A DNA stretch of 64,000 nt from Lingula anatina (taxonomy: Eukaryota > Animalia > Brachiopoda): assembly GCA_051362555.1 (NCBI GenBank), contig CM120645.1, forward strand, positions 2,852,001 through 2,916,000. Direction: 5' to 3'. Below the pieces are notes generated by a model. The model was not told where the DNA came from and did no database searches. It saw nothing but the letters and a program-made list of their open reading frames with translations. This document shows, piece after piece, positions 22,920 to 37,300 of this stretch. Numbering within the stretch: the first letter of the stretch is position 1; every line of letters starts with the position of its first letter. The position numbers and the translations under genes were made by a program.

Positions 22920-25261
22920 GTAGTCGTACAGTACAGGTGTGGGATAGGGCGTGTTGTTTAGGGTAGAAGAAATTCTGAGTCAAGCTTTTCAGGTAAATCG
23001 CACTTCTGTTTAGTCTTTAAGGTGTTTGACGGTGTGGTTTACTGGAGGACACATGTACCAAGTCATGTGTGAATGATTTACTTGTTACTGTTACAATACT
23101 AAGCGCAGATCATATGAGGGTGCAGTTCACCGTTTTGTCAATGGAGTAATCGTGTCGACTGATCTCAGCGGTTAAACTGAACTTGAATGACCCATATTAT
23201 GATTCAGTTTTCTGTTATCAAACTGCGGATAAACTGTTTAAAGTCAACTAGATGGTGTCATTATTTTCCTATTCACAGCTGTCAAGTCTGTGTTCTAGTG
23301 CTGTCACATAATGCGTGTGATTTGTTTATATCATGGGTATTATTTTATTTATTTTGTATTAATCAATGACTACATATATGTGGTCTGTAAGGTTACAATG
23401 AAGTTGTACTCATTTCCAGAGCTTGGTTGGTGAATATGAGATGGTTTATCCATCTAAATCCTTCGGCTTCACAGATGATTTCACTCTTTCTAACTCCATC
23501 AGTTTTTATGTTAAGTGCAATTTTATTCACATGTGGAAGGAGAGGTCACGCAGTACTTTGCAGTCAGAAGATCTGATGCCCTTATAGATATTTAAAGCAC
23601 CTTCTTTAATACTGTAGACCATTGCATACTAGTATATGTATCCAATTCAAGAAGAAATATGCATATCTAAATTTCACTTCGCCTCATGTAAAGGAAAAAT
23701 GCGAATAGTGCAGCATACATTTGCCTTAATTACACCTGATTTGGTATGTCTTTAAGCTTAGTGATTTCTTGGAGTGTTTGAGTTGCATGACTTTGGCTTG
23801 GATAAAGAAATATGTTGTCTAGACAGCCTTGGCTGTGAACCCAGATTAACAACTGAAGCACCACCAAATGTGATCGGTTGAGTGCTTAAGAAGGATTTAT
23901 TTTTTATCTCCAGGTCACTGTAATTGGAAGGCAAATTCAGTCTTCGGAATATTCATATCATGTTGCTCTCTCTGTGCCCAGTAGTCCACTGTCATTTGTT
24001 TATGTTATTACTTACAAAACTCGCAGGTCCATTGTACTGCTCCTTTTGAAGATTGTCAGCTGTGACTAGGAACTGTTCCTGTTGTCGTGCTCGGCATTTT
24101 GCATCAGTGAACAGTATAAGATAGATTTGAAATAGCCTACTAAAACATGTGAATGGATTTCTGAAAAAAAATAGCCACATGCATTAGAACAGTTAACCCC
24201 TGCAGATTATAGAAATGGGAAGATCTGAAACTTTTCTCTGTTGTTATTGTTGTCTGGTCTTAATCTACAAAGAAAGTGTACACGGAGGCTTGTAGGCTGA
24301 AGTGTAGTTAAATGCACCACCATCTGGGATTTGAGTCCTATTGATTCACATTACAGCCGTTCTGCTCCTATCATCTCCCCGCAGAAGCCAGAGTCCCCGC
24401 TTTCCATTTGTGAAATTGACTAGCTAATTCTTTTCACTGCTGGAGGGAAAATAAGATGGCAATATGCACCATTCTGTCTACTGTTTGGATCGTTACTAAT
24501 TAGGTTAATGAGTCTGAGTTGATTTAAGGAGGTTTTGTTGTTGTTTTTAGTCTGGTATCATATGCGTAGTTATTAATTGTGTGATTAGCACAAATGATTG
24601 GCTGTGGGTGAGTTGTGCTGATGTTATAGAACGACTCCCCATCTGTTGTGTTGATACTCTGAGTTATATATAGATTGATGATATTCTGGCATATGGGAGT
24701 TTGGGGAGACTGAATTGGTATTAGAAAAAGATGTAGGAAAAAAAAAATCTTGAATTTATTTTAGTTTCATGAAAGCACTGTGACAGATCTTGAGCTTTTG
24801 AGTTGACCATTTTATAGATGTGAGGTCATCTTTTGTATCTTTCGTCTTCCAATTTGGTCGAAATGAAATAATCGCTTGTCTGTTGTATGATTAAGTGTAA
24901 ATTTCACATGATTTATAGCTATTCCCTCGCATAAAAGTACTAGTAGTCCATAAGAACAGTGCTAATTATATTAGATTCATTTTTCTTTTCATTGTCTTTC
25001 ATACACCTTTTAAATAATCGGCTAATGAACCATATAGATATTACCAAGAAAGGTTAAAGACCAGTGCATCTGTAAACCAAGTTTATGAGCTGAGCATCTG
25101 GGCCATAAAATGTGATTTGTCCACTTATTTTTTTCACAGTTGTCACTAACCCATCTGTATAGCATAAAATACCATTAAATCCCCCCAAGAAGTAAAATTA
25201 TGAAGTATGTACTGCTAAACTCTGGTGAGTTGGGTAACCATAAAGATCTTGTTATTTATAT

Positions 25262-25434
25262 CTGGGGTAGCGCTTGAAATTTTTTTCGCTTAGCCATATC
25301 ACCTCATTTTTGTCAATTTGTTATTAAAATGGCTATAATTTGGCTAAAACACGTCAAATCTAGCCCTTTTTCTTTAGCCAGTTTCAGCCAGTTTTAGCAT
25401 TTGGGTAAATTGGCGAGTGTTAGCACTACCCTAG
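25262..25434. mobile_element. Degenerate short MITE
   Basis: Imperfect TIR CTGGGGTAGCGCT ... AGCACTACCCTAG; no clean TSD. Confidence 0.35.
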
Positions 25435-28400
25435 TATATACATATGAAAGGTATAAATTTACATATTTAAGTAGAGAAAGAAACTATTTATTGTCAGGTG
25501 ATATTTGGTATTTTACTCTGCAGTGGACAAACGGCTTTTGGTCTCCTTAATCTATTTAAGAAATTGCTCAGTGGAATGTGAAGTGGTTCTGTCGTAAAGG
25601 ATTACAGCACCAGTTTGTGAGTTTGTATTGTGATTCAGTCTGTCGAGGAGAGAGAATTAGATTACAGATCCTTTTAGTTTATATGGCCAAGAGGAGGTTG
25701 GCTTGAGGAAACATAACTACATTTCAGTGGAAAGCTATAATTTATTTTATTTCCGTAAAGTATATATTTACGATGACTTTGACCTAACAATATATTCTAA
25801 ACCTATGGTGCTATAACTGCAGTGAGGATTTAAAAAATAGGTTTACACAGACGATATTATAATAAAGGTATTTATAATCAGTTACTACGTGATACATGTA
25901 ATATGGCTGCCTGGCGGATATGATATTTGTCAGAGCTTGTGAATTATGCAGACATGTGTCTATTCTGACACAAAGAAATTGTCCTGTGCCACACAGTACT
26001 AACAATAAGGAAGATACATTTTTAGAATTGTCATATTGTTTCAAAATGTAACATTTTATGTGATTAAAAATATAGTATAATAAGTATAAATTAATGTGCA
26101 CCCTGAAGTGATTAGATGGGCCCACATAAGATGTGCATTCTGCGTAGGCTGGCAGAATATGAGCATTTAATTTTTTCCTGTCAGTTTTCCTCAAATACAA
26201 AATAAAACCACCCTGGTCATTCTCTTCATATGACAGAGCATTAAATTATTTCCCTGCCAATTTTCCTAAATTAGATAAAAAAAAAAAAAGAGAAAAAAAA
26301 ACTCCCCTTCATTCTTTGAATATAATCATTTAATTCTTTCCTGCCAATTTTCCTTAGATACAAAACAAAAGCACCCCGCCATTCTCTGAACAATCAACCT
26401 GTATTTCCTATTGTAGCGTCTTCCCATGGCGTTCATCCAAGCTGGCACCAGCCTGGGTAATGAGAAACGGCAGTAAAAACAATGCTTGGTATGCACAGTC
26501 TAAATACTATCATTCACTGATGGTGGGGCACCCTGCGTGTCGGGGTGATTTGAGTGCAGTTGCTGGTGTAGGTTTTGAATTGGATGAAGAATGTTATCCT
26601 TTTGTACACAGGGTGGTATACGTATTTATTTATTTTTTTTTTTTTGGGGGGGGGGATGATTTATTGTATTCGTAGAATACTGCAGTGAATGAGTTCAATT
26701 CTAAATGCACAGAAAACACCAATTGTTTGTATTCAGGCAGTTATGAAAAGAAAAATATTGCAAGAAATTCACCATATTTTTTCTAAATTATTTCATTATA
26801 ACATTTATTGTATAAATTTATATTTTATTTTTATTTTTTAATGAAAATGTAATGCTGGGGGGGGGGGGGGGGGTTTAAGAAAAAGATGTGCTAGCTTTGG
26901 AGAAAAAGAGATGTGTAAGTCACTTATCAGAGCCAATATGAGATTGTTTGATTTGCACAAAAACAAAAGGGTGGGAAAATACCAAGCATAAAATTTGGTC
27001 TCCAAGACCCAGAAGGAATAGACATTTAATGTCTATCTCTGTGGATATATTTTTATTTGATTTTCGCACTGTATTTTACAGTCTATTGCTTCAGGGCCTG
27101 AAGTTGTGTCATGTATTCATTTCTATTCAAGAATGTCGTTCTTATTATCCAACCTGCCCAATTTTGAGGTAATAAGATTGAGAAAGACAAACTTTTCCAA
27201 AAGAGATCTTTGTACAGTTAAATCATGTACTGGGGGCATTTGTTAGCTATCCACAGCAAGGGCAGTTTGTCCAAGTGCTAGGGCCCCAAGAATAGAATTG
27301 TGTGTATTCTTTGGTATATATTAGGATTAGAAAGTTTGCGAAAAAGATTACTAGTCTCAGCAGAATGATGGGGAATACTTTGCGTAGGTATTAATGGCAT
27401 TTTCAGACTAAGCAAAGAATGCAAATGAATTTTTTAAGCCTGAAATTAGCTGTCATGAAAAAATGCTGGCTGTTGAATTCCTAGTTTATTTGTATGTCTA
27501 ACTTGGTAGAGGATTAAAAAAAAGTAATTACTGGAAGTAATTCTTTTGATGGTACCTGCAGTTTTGTGAAGGTGATATTGAGTCGTGTGTTGCATAATAT
27601 ATATATATCTCATTTTAGCATGAAAGTTGGCATTAAACAAGCACTTGCCTCTGGTGAAATATTGTAATTGTATTGAAATGTACCTTTGAACCTGCTGACT
27701 CGTGACAAACAAAAACCTGCTGAAATCCTGAATGTCTTACAAATTTCTTTTTGATAGGGTGAAAATGGGCACCTTGCACATGCCTGGTTACTTCTATCTC
27801 TACTATGTTGATGTGAATTTTTATTATATGTCCAGTTCAGGCAGTACAAATAATGAAAAAGTTTTGTCGCTGGGTTTGGCAATAATAATATTATAATCAA
27901 GTTTTCAGTTATATGGTAGCCAGCATATAACTCCTATATTTACAATTTGTCTGGAAGAGAAGAACCGTGGCTGTTTAGTTGTTATTATTATGAACTCAAC
28001 ACCTGACTGCTCTATATGTTTGTGATTACAAGATGACTCCAAGACCCGTCTAACCAAACATTTGAAATCAGATCCCACTTTTCCCATGTCCCCTTTTTCC
28101 GCCCAGTTTAAGGTCGGGGCTTAAATTAATATTGTAAAAATGAAAAGTTAGCACCCCATTTATCAGGAGTGATGAGAAAAGAAAAGAAAGGACAACAATG
28201 TGACGGCGAGTCCTCCAACCTAACGGTTATTTTTGGTCCCCTAATATTTTTCCAATATCGCGTTCAGACAAAGCACTCTTCGTGGACTGACCTGGGTGGC
28301 AGGGGCGAGCTAATCGCATACGAGTGCAGGCCCGCCTCTTTTAAAGCCAAACAATGGCGTCTATGAAATGTAAAGTAGGTTTATTTTTCAATAATCATAT

Positions 28401-30899
28401 TGCAATTTATAAGAATAACAGCCTTTGAAATTGCTCAATTGATCTTTTGAGGGGCTGGAATGCTCCGTCCAAGACCTGAAAGCCAAACGCAATTAATGTA
28501 CAGTTCATGTGTAAAATCCGCCCATTAAGAACTTGCATTCCAAACAGTAAAAGGGTTTTTTGTGTGAAAATATTTTCCATTTAAACACTGTTTCAAAGCA
28601 AAATTTAAAAGGTTTCAAAATGTTTGCCGAAAGCATGAAAGGGTTTAATCTCAGGCAGGGTCACAAGAGTCAGCATAAACATTTGCATAAATTAAATAAA
28701 AAAAATGGTTAAATTAATTGAAAAACATGTCTTGGTTGAATTTTACCATGACATTATGGCATTGAACGGCCCAGATTTCAGATATATTGGACCTTTTTGT
28801 CCTCGTTAAGTTCTCTCATTACGTCGAAGTCTATCTGATGTAATCCTCTTTGTCGGAGGGCCCTTTACCAGATGTTAGCACAAACACCCTTAAAACTCAT
28901 CAATACTGGCGAATGGTCCTCTATTAAGACTTACACAAGATATAGTAATATTCGTAATGCTCACAACATTGCCCTAAAGCCCCCAGCTGGGCCATTGATT
29001 AACGTGGAGGTTATGTAGCAAGATAGCAAAATATTTCCTCTCTTTTATCTCCAGAAATCAAAATATCTGGGCTCTCAGGTCAGCTACTACTTGCTACTGG
29101 AGTGGGAAGGTTGGAGGGGGGGGGGGGGGGATGAGATAAAAATTTAGACCACAGCTGAATCTGATGGTGTCTGTACTCTGTACCCTCTTTTGCTGGCTCA
29201 AGGATTAGAAGACTGGTCACTGACTAGGCAGTGGCTTGGAAATTCTGTCAACTGTTTTGATGTTTTAATCTTTAGATTAGACAGATTAGTCAGTTCTCTT
29301 CTATTTTCATATTTAGCCAACCTTTTTAATATTTGCCATAAGTAACTGGTGAAATTTTAACATTGAATTTTTCAACTCCACTGCATGCCGAACGGCTATA
29401 TTTGTGCTTGTACCTAAAAATCATGTTGGTTTGACAGAAGGCAGAATATGATTTCTTTTCTGCTCTAAAGATGGAAAAAAAATGCCCTTGCATAGTAAAA
29501 CTGTTTAACTGTGCATAACACCCCCCTTGAGATTAGTGCTGCCTGCAAGACTTGGTAAACCACTACATTGGGTAATAGTTGCCGTCTAGAGTGCAGGTCA
29601 ACTGAAATCCTCATCAATGAAGGTAGCTCTGTGGGTTATTAAGAGGCATGGGAATGCAGACATATTTCTACCAGTCTAATTAATTCTTCCTTAATTAATT
29701 AACTCACCGGCTGACCCGAGTGCACTTGATGAGGTCAGTCCAGTACACTATTTATTCTGACTTAGTAGTGGTCAGTGGAAAGATAATTTTTGGATGACCA
29801 GTGTCATTTTGTGGCTTGGCTTAGAATGGTGAACTGAAATTTTGATTTTTTTCATCTTTAAAACTATAACAAAGAAAAAAAATGCAGAAAATTGTAGTTA
29901 ATTTTAGCATGCATTCCTTTTTTGAAGGAATTTAAATGACAACTGTGTGGACCCATCACTGGCAGACATTCACATTCTTCATTTCCTTAATGACATTGAA
30001 ATTTATGTACAGTGGATTAGAAGGTAAAGGAATACTTGGCATTATTTTAAAGTCCTTCACTGGTGGGATGTATTTATAAATCTGACTGCCAAGTGTAAAC
30101 GCATGCTATGTGTGGGTAAAGGTATGTTATCTGCCCAGACACGTTCAAAAATAACCGCCTTAAATGCTTGTTATGTTGATTTACGTTGACACAACTGCAG
30201 GCGGAAATTGATTTGAAATAGTTTCGGTTACGTCAGTGGAGGTCAACTGGTTTGTAAAAAAATTTTCCTCCAAGTGTAGAAATCATGATTTCACTCTTAT
30301 TAACTTAGTCTTTGTTTTACATGAAATGAGTTTTTTACTATGGAAAAGAGTTTGAGATTTTGTTGTATTACGTCAGTGGCAACCCTTGTCCTTATGAATT
30401 AGTTTATTCATTGAAACAATCCTTATTTTGCTGATAAAGATATGTGGGAAATGTAGAAGTTTAAAATTTTGTTTTGCTACGTCAGTGAATCTGAATCTTT
30501 CCAATTTTGTTTTATCCCACAATCTTTGTTTTATTTTAGAATGTCAGATATTTTTAAAAGTCAGTAAATCTTATGGCCATGCAACATTTACACCAAAACA
30601 TACATTGTTTCATCTTCATAGTGTACATAGAATTAATAAAAACAAAAAAACAAACAGTTTATTGTGTTACGTCAGAAAATCTCACAACCATTTAGAATTT
30701 CAGTTTCTTCATCAAAACAATCTTTGTTTCATCACGGAGCGTAAGAGCTATGAATATCCAGTGAATACAGAGGGTTCCAGCCAGCTTTCTAGTATTCACA
30801 CAATATTCTAAGTCGCAGGTATGTGAGGTATTTATACTCATAGAGCAGAGCACAACAGGTTTCTTATGCTGGCTTTCACACACGCATGAGTGGAGTCAT

Positions 30900-31367
30900 T
30901 TAGACCTGCAAAAGGGGCGTATAGTTATGCAAACTAGCCCCATTCACAAGCCCAGTAGAGCACCAGCCTATTGGTACTTAACGTTGCGGCTGCCGCACGG
31001 GAAAATGGACGGAGCACAATGGAGGCCAAGGGGGTTTTAACACGCACCGGTGTTACGGACGTTTGAAAGGAGGTGCATTCCTGGCCCCAGCTGTGCGCCC
31101 CTTAGACGGATCCGGAGGTGCGTGCACTGTAAGTGGGGGCCTGTGACTGAACTCCAAGGCACTCGCTCTCTGCCTCTCTCTCTCTCTTGAATCTCCTGTC
31201 ATTAGTGCAGAAAGCGTTATCAAGGCTGGAAGTATTTCTATTCAGTGACATTTTACGCCGGGACTCGGAGCAGACTTGTTTCCGTAGGGGAAAGATTGTT
31301 TTGCACCTGTGACTTTTTTAGTCAGATTTTTAATTGGAAAACAACAGTGGAAACTATGGTTTGACAG
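30900..31367 (+). promoter_or_regulatory. Candidate second promoter and non-coding exon of the plexin gene
   Basis: GC/CpG-rich patch at 30950-31140 with ATTGG, a (CT)n tract, and a strong donor CAG|GTATGT at 31367. Confidence 0.45.
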
Positions 31368-33397
31368 GTATGTGATGACTAATATTTTGTGTTTACCTGT
31401 GTTTTTTTTTAATAAGACAGCAGTGAGGACATCGTTAGGTTAAGATTATGGTATGAAGGGAGATTTTTCAATTCATCAAGTCCTGGTGAAGGTGGGTGGC
31501 TAGCATTAATAGTCTCTGTGACACATAAATGTTGGTTTGGGATTAAAGGCATTGGCATAAGGCTTGGCAGTACGTTGGCAGTTGTTTGGTAATGACATCA
31601 GCTACCTGTATTTATCACCACATGCAATAACACCTATCTGTTTCTGCCTCTGATACTTAAATAAATGTACTAGCATCTATTTGAGAATGAAGAAAGAGCT
31701 TGAGGAAGATATATTTGAGTGGAAATGATAAGTTAATAATGATAAGTGTTGATAGATTGTTGACCAGTCCACCACCACCCCCAAAACAAGGATGGCCCAT
31801 CCATTGTGGTACTTTCTTCTGTCTCCTTACCCATTAACCATAGTGGCTTATAGGTTCCCATAGGCTCATAACCCCCCACCCCCCCACCCCCCCTTTGCCA
31901 CCACTGCCACTGCAAAGATGGGGCATTCAGTGACTAGGCAAAAGAAATACAGAGATGTCATTATTTTATGGACTAGATATATCACCAGGATATGTACTCC
32001 ATAAACCCTCTGCCATATCTGCCATAGAGGTGCATATAATACACCCAAGCCTTATAGCTTGGCAGTTTATGATGGATGAGAACTCGGGTGATAATTCCAC
32101 TCCCATAATGCACAGTAACACGTTTATTGTCTACCTGCTGCATCTCGTCTGTGTGCAAAGCTGCCAGTGGCACAGGAATTAATTATAACCGTTGAGCCAT
32201 CGATTTGCTCCGGTGCAGGCAGGTGAAAATGTCTTAAGAACCTGTTGTTTGCAAAGATGATTTCATCCGCTGGCTAAATACAGGATATTATTTGTTTTGT
32301 TTTTTTCTCTCTCACTGTTTATATGGAGAAGGTAGCCAGTTGCCTAGATTTGTACTGTGTTAATCCAAGTTATGAGATCATAAGAGATTATTGTCAGGTA
32401 GGATATGACTAGTGGGTGATATTAGATAATTGTTAACACTTTGAAGGTGAGACATTGTTTATGTGATAGATACAATACGAGTCAAAACGAGTGTTGTATC
32501 TGACTTAAACCACAGCCTCTGATTGGCTACTGCACTAGTGAGTAACCGGAGCGCAACAGTCCGTGGAACACACTCGTACATGGGGTGCTTGTCTGTCGAA
32601 TGCAGCACGGCCGAGTCTTGTTCTACGCGCTAGTCGTGGTTTAAATCAAGGTACCCTGGTTGGTGGTGCGCTGTCCACAGTGAGACAATATCCACAGGTT
32701 TACTGATCACATACCGCAATGTGTATGGTACAGGAGGTGGTATGTAAAGGCAAGGGCGTGTGTACATTTTGTACTAAAAAACTCATGTTTCATAAATTTC
32801 CCCACCCTCACCAATGATAATGAAAAAAAATTATTTGTTTAAAGAGAGTGAAACATGTTCACTATTAAATATGTTCTTCCACGTGGGCAGTATTTTTTTG
32901 TAGTCTGTATAATGTCCGTGATCCTAGTCCCAGACAAGAGTTCCCGGTGTTATATTTAAGGAAACTTGTCAGTGGCCACAAATATTACGCAGCACTTGGT
33001 GGGAAGATGCATTGTGGTTTGAGTAGTCCTTTGAGAAAAATCCCTGAACTCGATGCTTGTGGTCAGCATGGCTAATGTTACGTCAAAAGGAAGTCATTCA
33101 TATTTTTAGCTATCCATTTCTATAGGGGTTGTGGAAGAGTGAAGAATAGGGTTCCCGCTGATTATTCACTGGTGTGTCAACAGTAGTGATAAAATTTGTT
33201 CAAACACTGTTTTAAAAAACAGATTGAATAGAAAAGGTGAGTCGATTACAAATTGAAAATAGTTTTATCTGCATGTATTTTATAAACTTTTGAAGAAAAC
33301 GAGGCTCATTATTGGCTATAAAGAAAAAAGAATCTTGTGTTCATGAAAGCCATGGTGAATGTCTGAGTTTTATATAGAAATATTTAGTCGGATATTA

Positions 33398-33642
33398 GGC
33401 TTCGTTCACATGCAATGTCTATTTTCTATTTTCTATTTTCGGTATGTCTTATGATCACGGTCTGTGCACTGAATATCCCGCGGCGTAATTACTGGCAGCG
33501 CGAGCCAGTTACTATAAGTTACTATAAGTAACTGGCTCGCGCTGCCAGTAATTACGCGGCGGGATATTCAGTGCACAGACCGTGATCATAAGACATACCG
33601 AAAATAGAAAATAGAAAATAGACATTGCATGTGAACGAAGCC
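33398..33642. mobile_element. Palindromic (foldback) PIF/Harbinger-type MITE
   Basis: TTA flanks on both sides (33395-33397, 33643-33645). The 116-bp arms start GGCTTCGTTCACATG and show one mismatch by eye around a 13-nt spacer. Confidence 0.9.
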
Positions 33643-34143
33643 TTATACTAACTAGGCAGTTATCTTTTGCAAGTTTAGCAAATGCTTTTATAGATAAAAG
33701 ACATACAACTCAGTCCATTATAGGTAAAACATGAGCATGAACCAAATTGTCAGTTTACAAATGAAGATAGAAAGCCTTTACAGTTCCTGATCAAAGGGGA
33801 AAAATGCAGCAGAGATAAATTGCCAAGAACAAAATGGACATGTGTTTGAAGACGTTTGAAATATTTCTCATGTGCTTTGGGCTGTTAACTGTATAGGAAC
33901 CATGCACCTGCCAAAGCCAGGAATTCCTCCCTGGAGGAAAGGACCATTTTAGCAACTCGTCTCACCTGAACTGGAACCTTTACTCTCACCTGTTTATACA
34001 TTGTTAGGGCCCTGTGGGGGTACTTTAGGAGCCCATGGTGTGGATATCATATATTACATTTTAAAATAATTTTTAAAAAATTGACATGAGGTTGGTTTGA
34101 GAGTGAAGCAAATTGTATGCATCATTGCATCACCATAGTATAA

Positions 34144-34369
34144 GGGTGCTTTCCCAGAGATTTAGATCGATCTAAAGATTAAGATTTAGATTGACCTAAC
34201 TCCCTGGGGGTTCACGCTAAATTGCAGTCAGCTGAGCGAGCACCATAGTTAATTACCCTCTTACAGCTTTTAGTAGGCGGGACAGACGCTTAAGCCGGCC
34301 AATCTGACAGTAATCTAGTGAGACTCCCCACAGGGATAGATCGATCTAAAAATCTATGGAAATGGGGTG
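34144..34369. mobile_element. Older Harbinger-type MITE
   Basis: TAA on both flanks. Imperfect inverted arms TTTCC..TTTAGATCGATCTA..TCCCTGGGGG / CCCCACAGGGA-TAGATCGATCTAAA..GGAAA. Confidence 0.55.
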
Positions 34370-37300
34370 TAATGTAATGGTGTTATTTTCTTTTATGCTG
34401 CATGCAGATATACAGGGAACTCTGCATAACACTTTGGAACCATAAATTTGTTTCCGCTGCATGATAATGGTAAAAAAGTTCCAGCTAATACCAAAGAAAA
34501 TTATTACGAAGTTGATTACACCAGCTGAGTAATCGACCCCCCCATATTCTTCATTATTATTTGTTGAATATGGAACTGGACTATGGGACTTAAAAATGTC
34601 CTAATAGCTATACTGACCCTAGACCAGTGTGTTAATGCACTAAAATGTGGCACATAGTGGGCATTAAAAAACCTTAGAATAGATTGGGCTAATTTCATTA
34701 GAGAGTGAGGAGACATGTACCATGCTCTAAAGAACTGTGTTGTCAGTCCCATAGGAAGATGGAGTAGGCAACTGTAAAAAGCTGATATAGTGTGTGTGTG
34801 TGTGTGTGTGGGGGGGGGTAGCATGTTTCTGTGTGCAGGTTTTTATGCATTTATGTACAGTATGCATGGAGATGTACATTTAAATACATCTAGGTGCCGC
34901 ATATATTCACACAGACATGTATTCAGACATACACATGTGCCCCCCCCCCCCCCCACACACACACACACACACACACACGTACACAGAGAATGAACTAGAT
35001 AAATCAATAAAGCACTTAGCAGTGCTCAAGCTCTGTGGATAGGGGCTCAGAAACCAGGGACCTGTTCACCCCAACTAAATATTCCCAACACCTGTGGAGC
35101 ACTGAAGAGACCCAGAGAATGCACTGCTTCACTACCTGGAGAGATCAAAGTAAAGAAAAACATTGAATCTCTCATCATCTCAAACTCCATATTTATACAC
35201 ACCCCAAGTAGGCCCTGTTGATTTGCAAGGGGATCTTGGACCTGTTGTTGTATGTAATGGGTCCAAGGTGGGATCCAGGGGCTGTAATTAACTCTTTCTC
35301 TCATAATATTAGAACCTCAAGTTAATTAACTCCTAGACTTTTCCAATACAGGTTAATCATTACAGTGACCCCCCCCCCCCCCCCCCCAGCCTGAGCACCC
35401 CCCCCCCCCAGCCTGAGCCAGCCCCCCCCCCCCCCCCCCCCCCCCATCCAACCACCTACCAATAGATAAAAACATTCACAGACCTTACTCTTGATTTTTG
35501 CGCTATCCTCATCTTTTATAATATGTCCAAGAGCTGTTTTCATACATCAATATCATAAAATGAGGTGTTCTTCTATGGATAAATTAAACCTTCAAGAGTG
35601 CAGACTCAGAGGTACCAAAAATGGATCAGTAGTAATCGGCTGAAAAGAACATTTTTTCTAGGCTAATTGAAGTTGATCATTCTTGGGAATATATTTTTGC
35701 TTTAATAAATACATAAAGATCCCCTTCTTTGAGTCAATGGACAGGCATTTTATGTATAGATTTATGGCAATATGTTGCAGAGCAGGGAGGGAACAGAAGA
35801 GATTAACAGTATTCCGTCTCTCTCCTGGTCTCGGCTCAGCGGAGCAGACAGAAAGTTGAAGTAGATTTGTAGTGGGAATGGTGAGAAATAAGTCCACCTG
35901 TGGGACGTGTTATTGAACATCGTGAACTTGTAGTAGTTCTCAGCTGTGCTGTAATGACTTGGACTGGGCAAAAGAAGATGGTATGTTTTTTATTTAAAAA
36001 AAAAATGTATCATTTTTATGAGTCGCTAAGATTATATATTCTTCTAACAATTTTTGGTTCATTGTATGATCTATGAGTTAATAATGATTAAAGGAATGGG
36101 ACAAAAGAGTCAGTTACTATACAATGGATCGCAGTTTGCAAGCTGCTGAATGCCTAATAACAAATTATTGGCGAAGACTATAATTTCATTTATAGTGCCA
36201 TATACTGTCGGGAGTCTCCCTAGCGACCCCACCTTCAATAATTGTCAACCTCGCTCAAGTATCCATCTCAGTATTTTAACAATTTACCGCGCCGCTCGGT
36301 TATCAAGGTGTTATTGCTCGAGCATCACAGGGTGACTCCCGCTCTCGCCACCAACACCACCAATTATTGAACCGAGCAAATAATTTCTTCCTATCTTCTC
36401 ATATAGCAACTATAAATATTATTTTGGGTGAAACAAAGTTTATAGTGCAGATGTTATAATGGTTTAATACTGTTGATAACTTAAGGAATTTAGCAGTAAA
36501 ACATGAAGGGGGTTGACTTGTGATTTTATGTTGAATGGATAAATTGAGAAAAGATTGAAGATATGATGATTAACTTTACTAACCCTTTTGAGGAGTAAAT
36601 TGATATATTGGCATAATGTGCTGAATAATTTTAGAAACAATATTTGACTCTTTTACTTCATGCCTTTTATGCCAGTTTAGTGTAAAGGATTACTGGGCTC
36701 TTATTATGATCAATATTGAATATAATCATAATGTATAAGTGTGGAGCCACATTTGCTCTATTATTCTCACTTAAAGTGTATCCGTTTTCCTGGATAAGTA
36801 TACCCACTGCTTTTAGCAACAAGATCAAGTGTATCATTGTGGTTAGGGTTGAGTAATGACATATATCACGTAATAATTACACACTGAATCAGTACGATAA
36901 TCGCCTCATAGACGCCTATATTGTTTGCCAATTTGCAAGCACGAGGAAAGTATATATAAATTTTTAAAAAACTCAGTCCGCTTTGATATCATATACCTTA
37001 TGAATCCATAAAGAAAAAAATTATATGGGCAAGAAATATTAGAACTTGTCTAGTGAAATTACCAAAATTTTATTAGTGAACCAGGAATAAGTTAGTGTTT
37101 AATTATTAAATGTAAAATTGTCTTTATTTGACAGTACCATGGCATATATTGATTTAGTTACTGTGTTGATTCTCTCTCCTGTTCTAAAATTACAGGATCA
37201 CTTCATAGTGTTCAGTGAGTCACAATTCCTTCTACCCCACCCAAACTACTGTCCAGATAGAGCTATACATACAAGCACACACACACACACACACAAACAC

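Noticed and set aside
32466-32650. CpG-rich patch with short inverted repeats (AGATACAA..TTGTATCT; TTAAACCAC..GTGGTTTAA)
   Set aside because: Probably an old repeat remnant, but no consistent TIR/TSD or RNA-gene structure could be defined.
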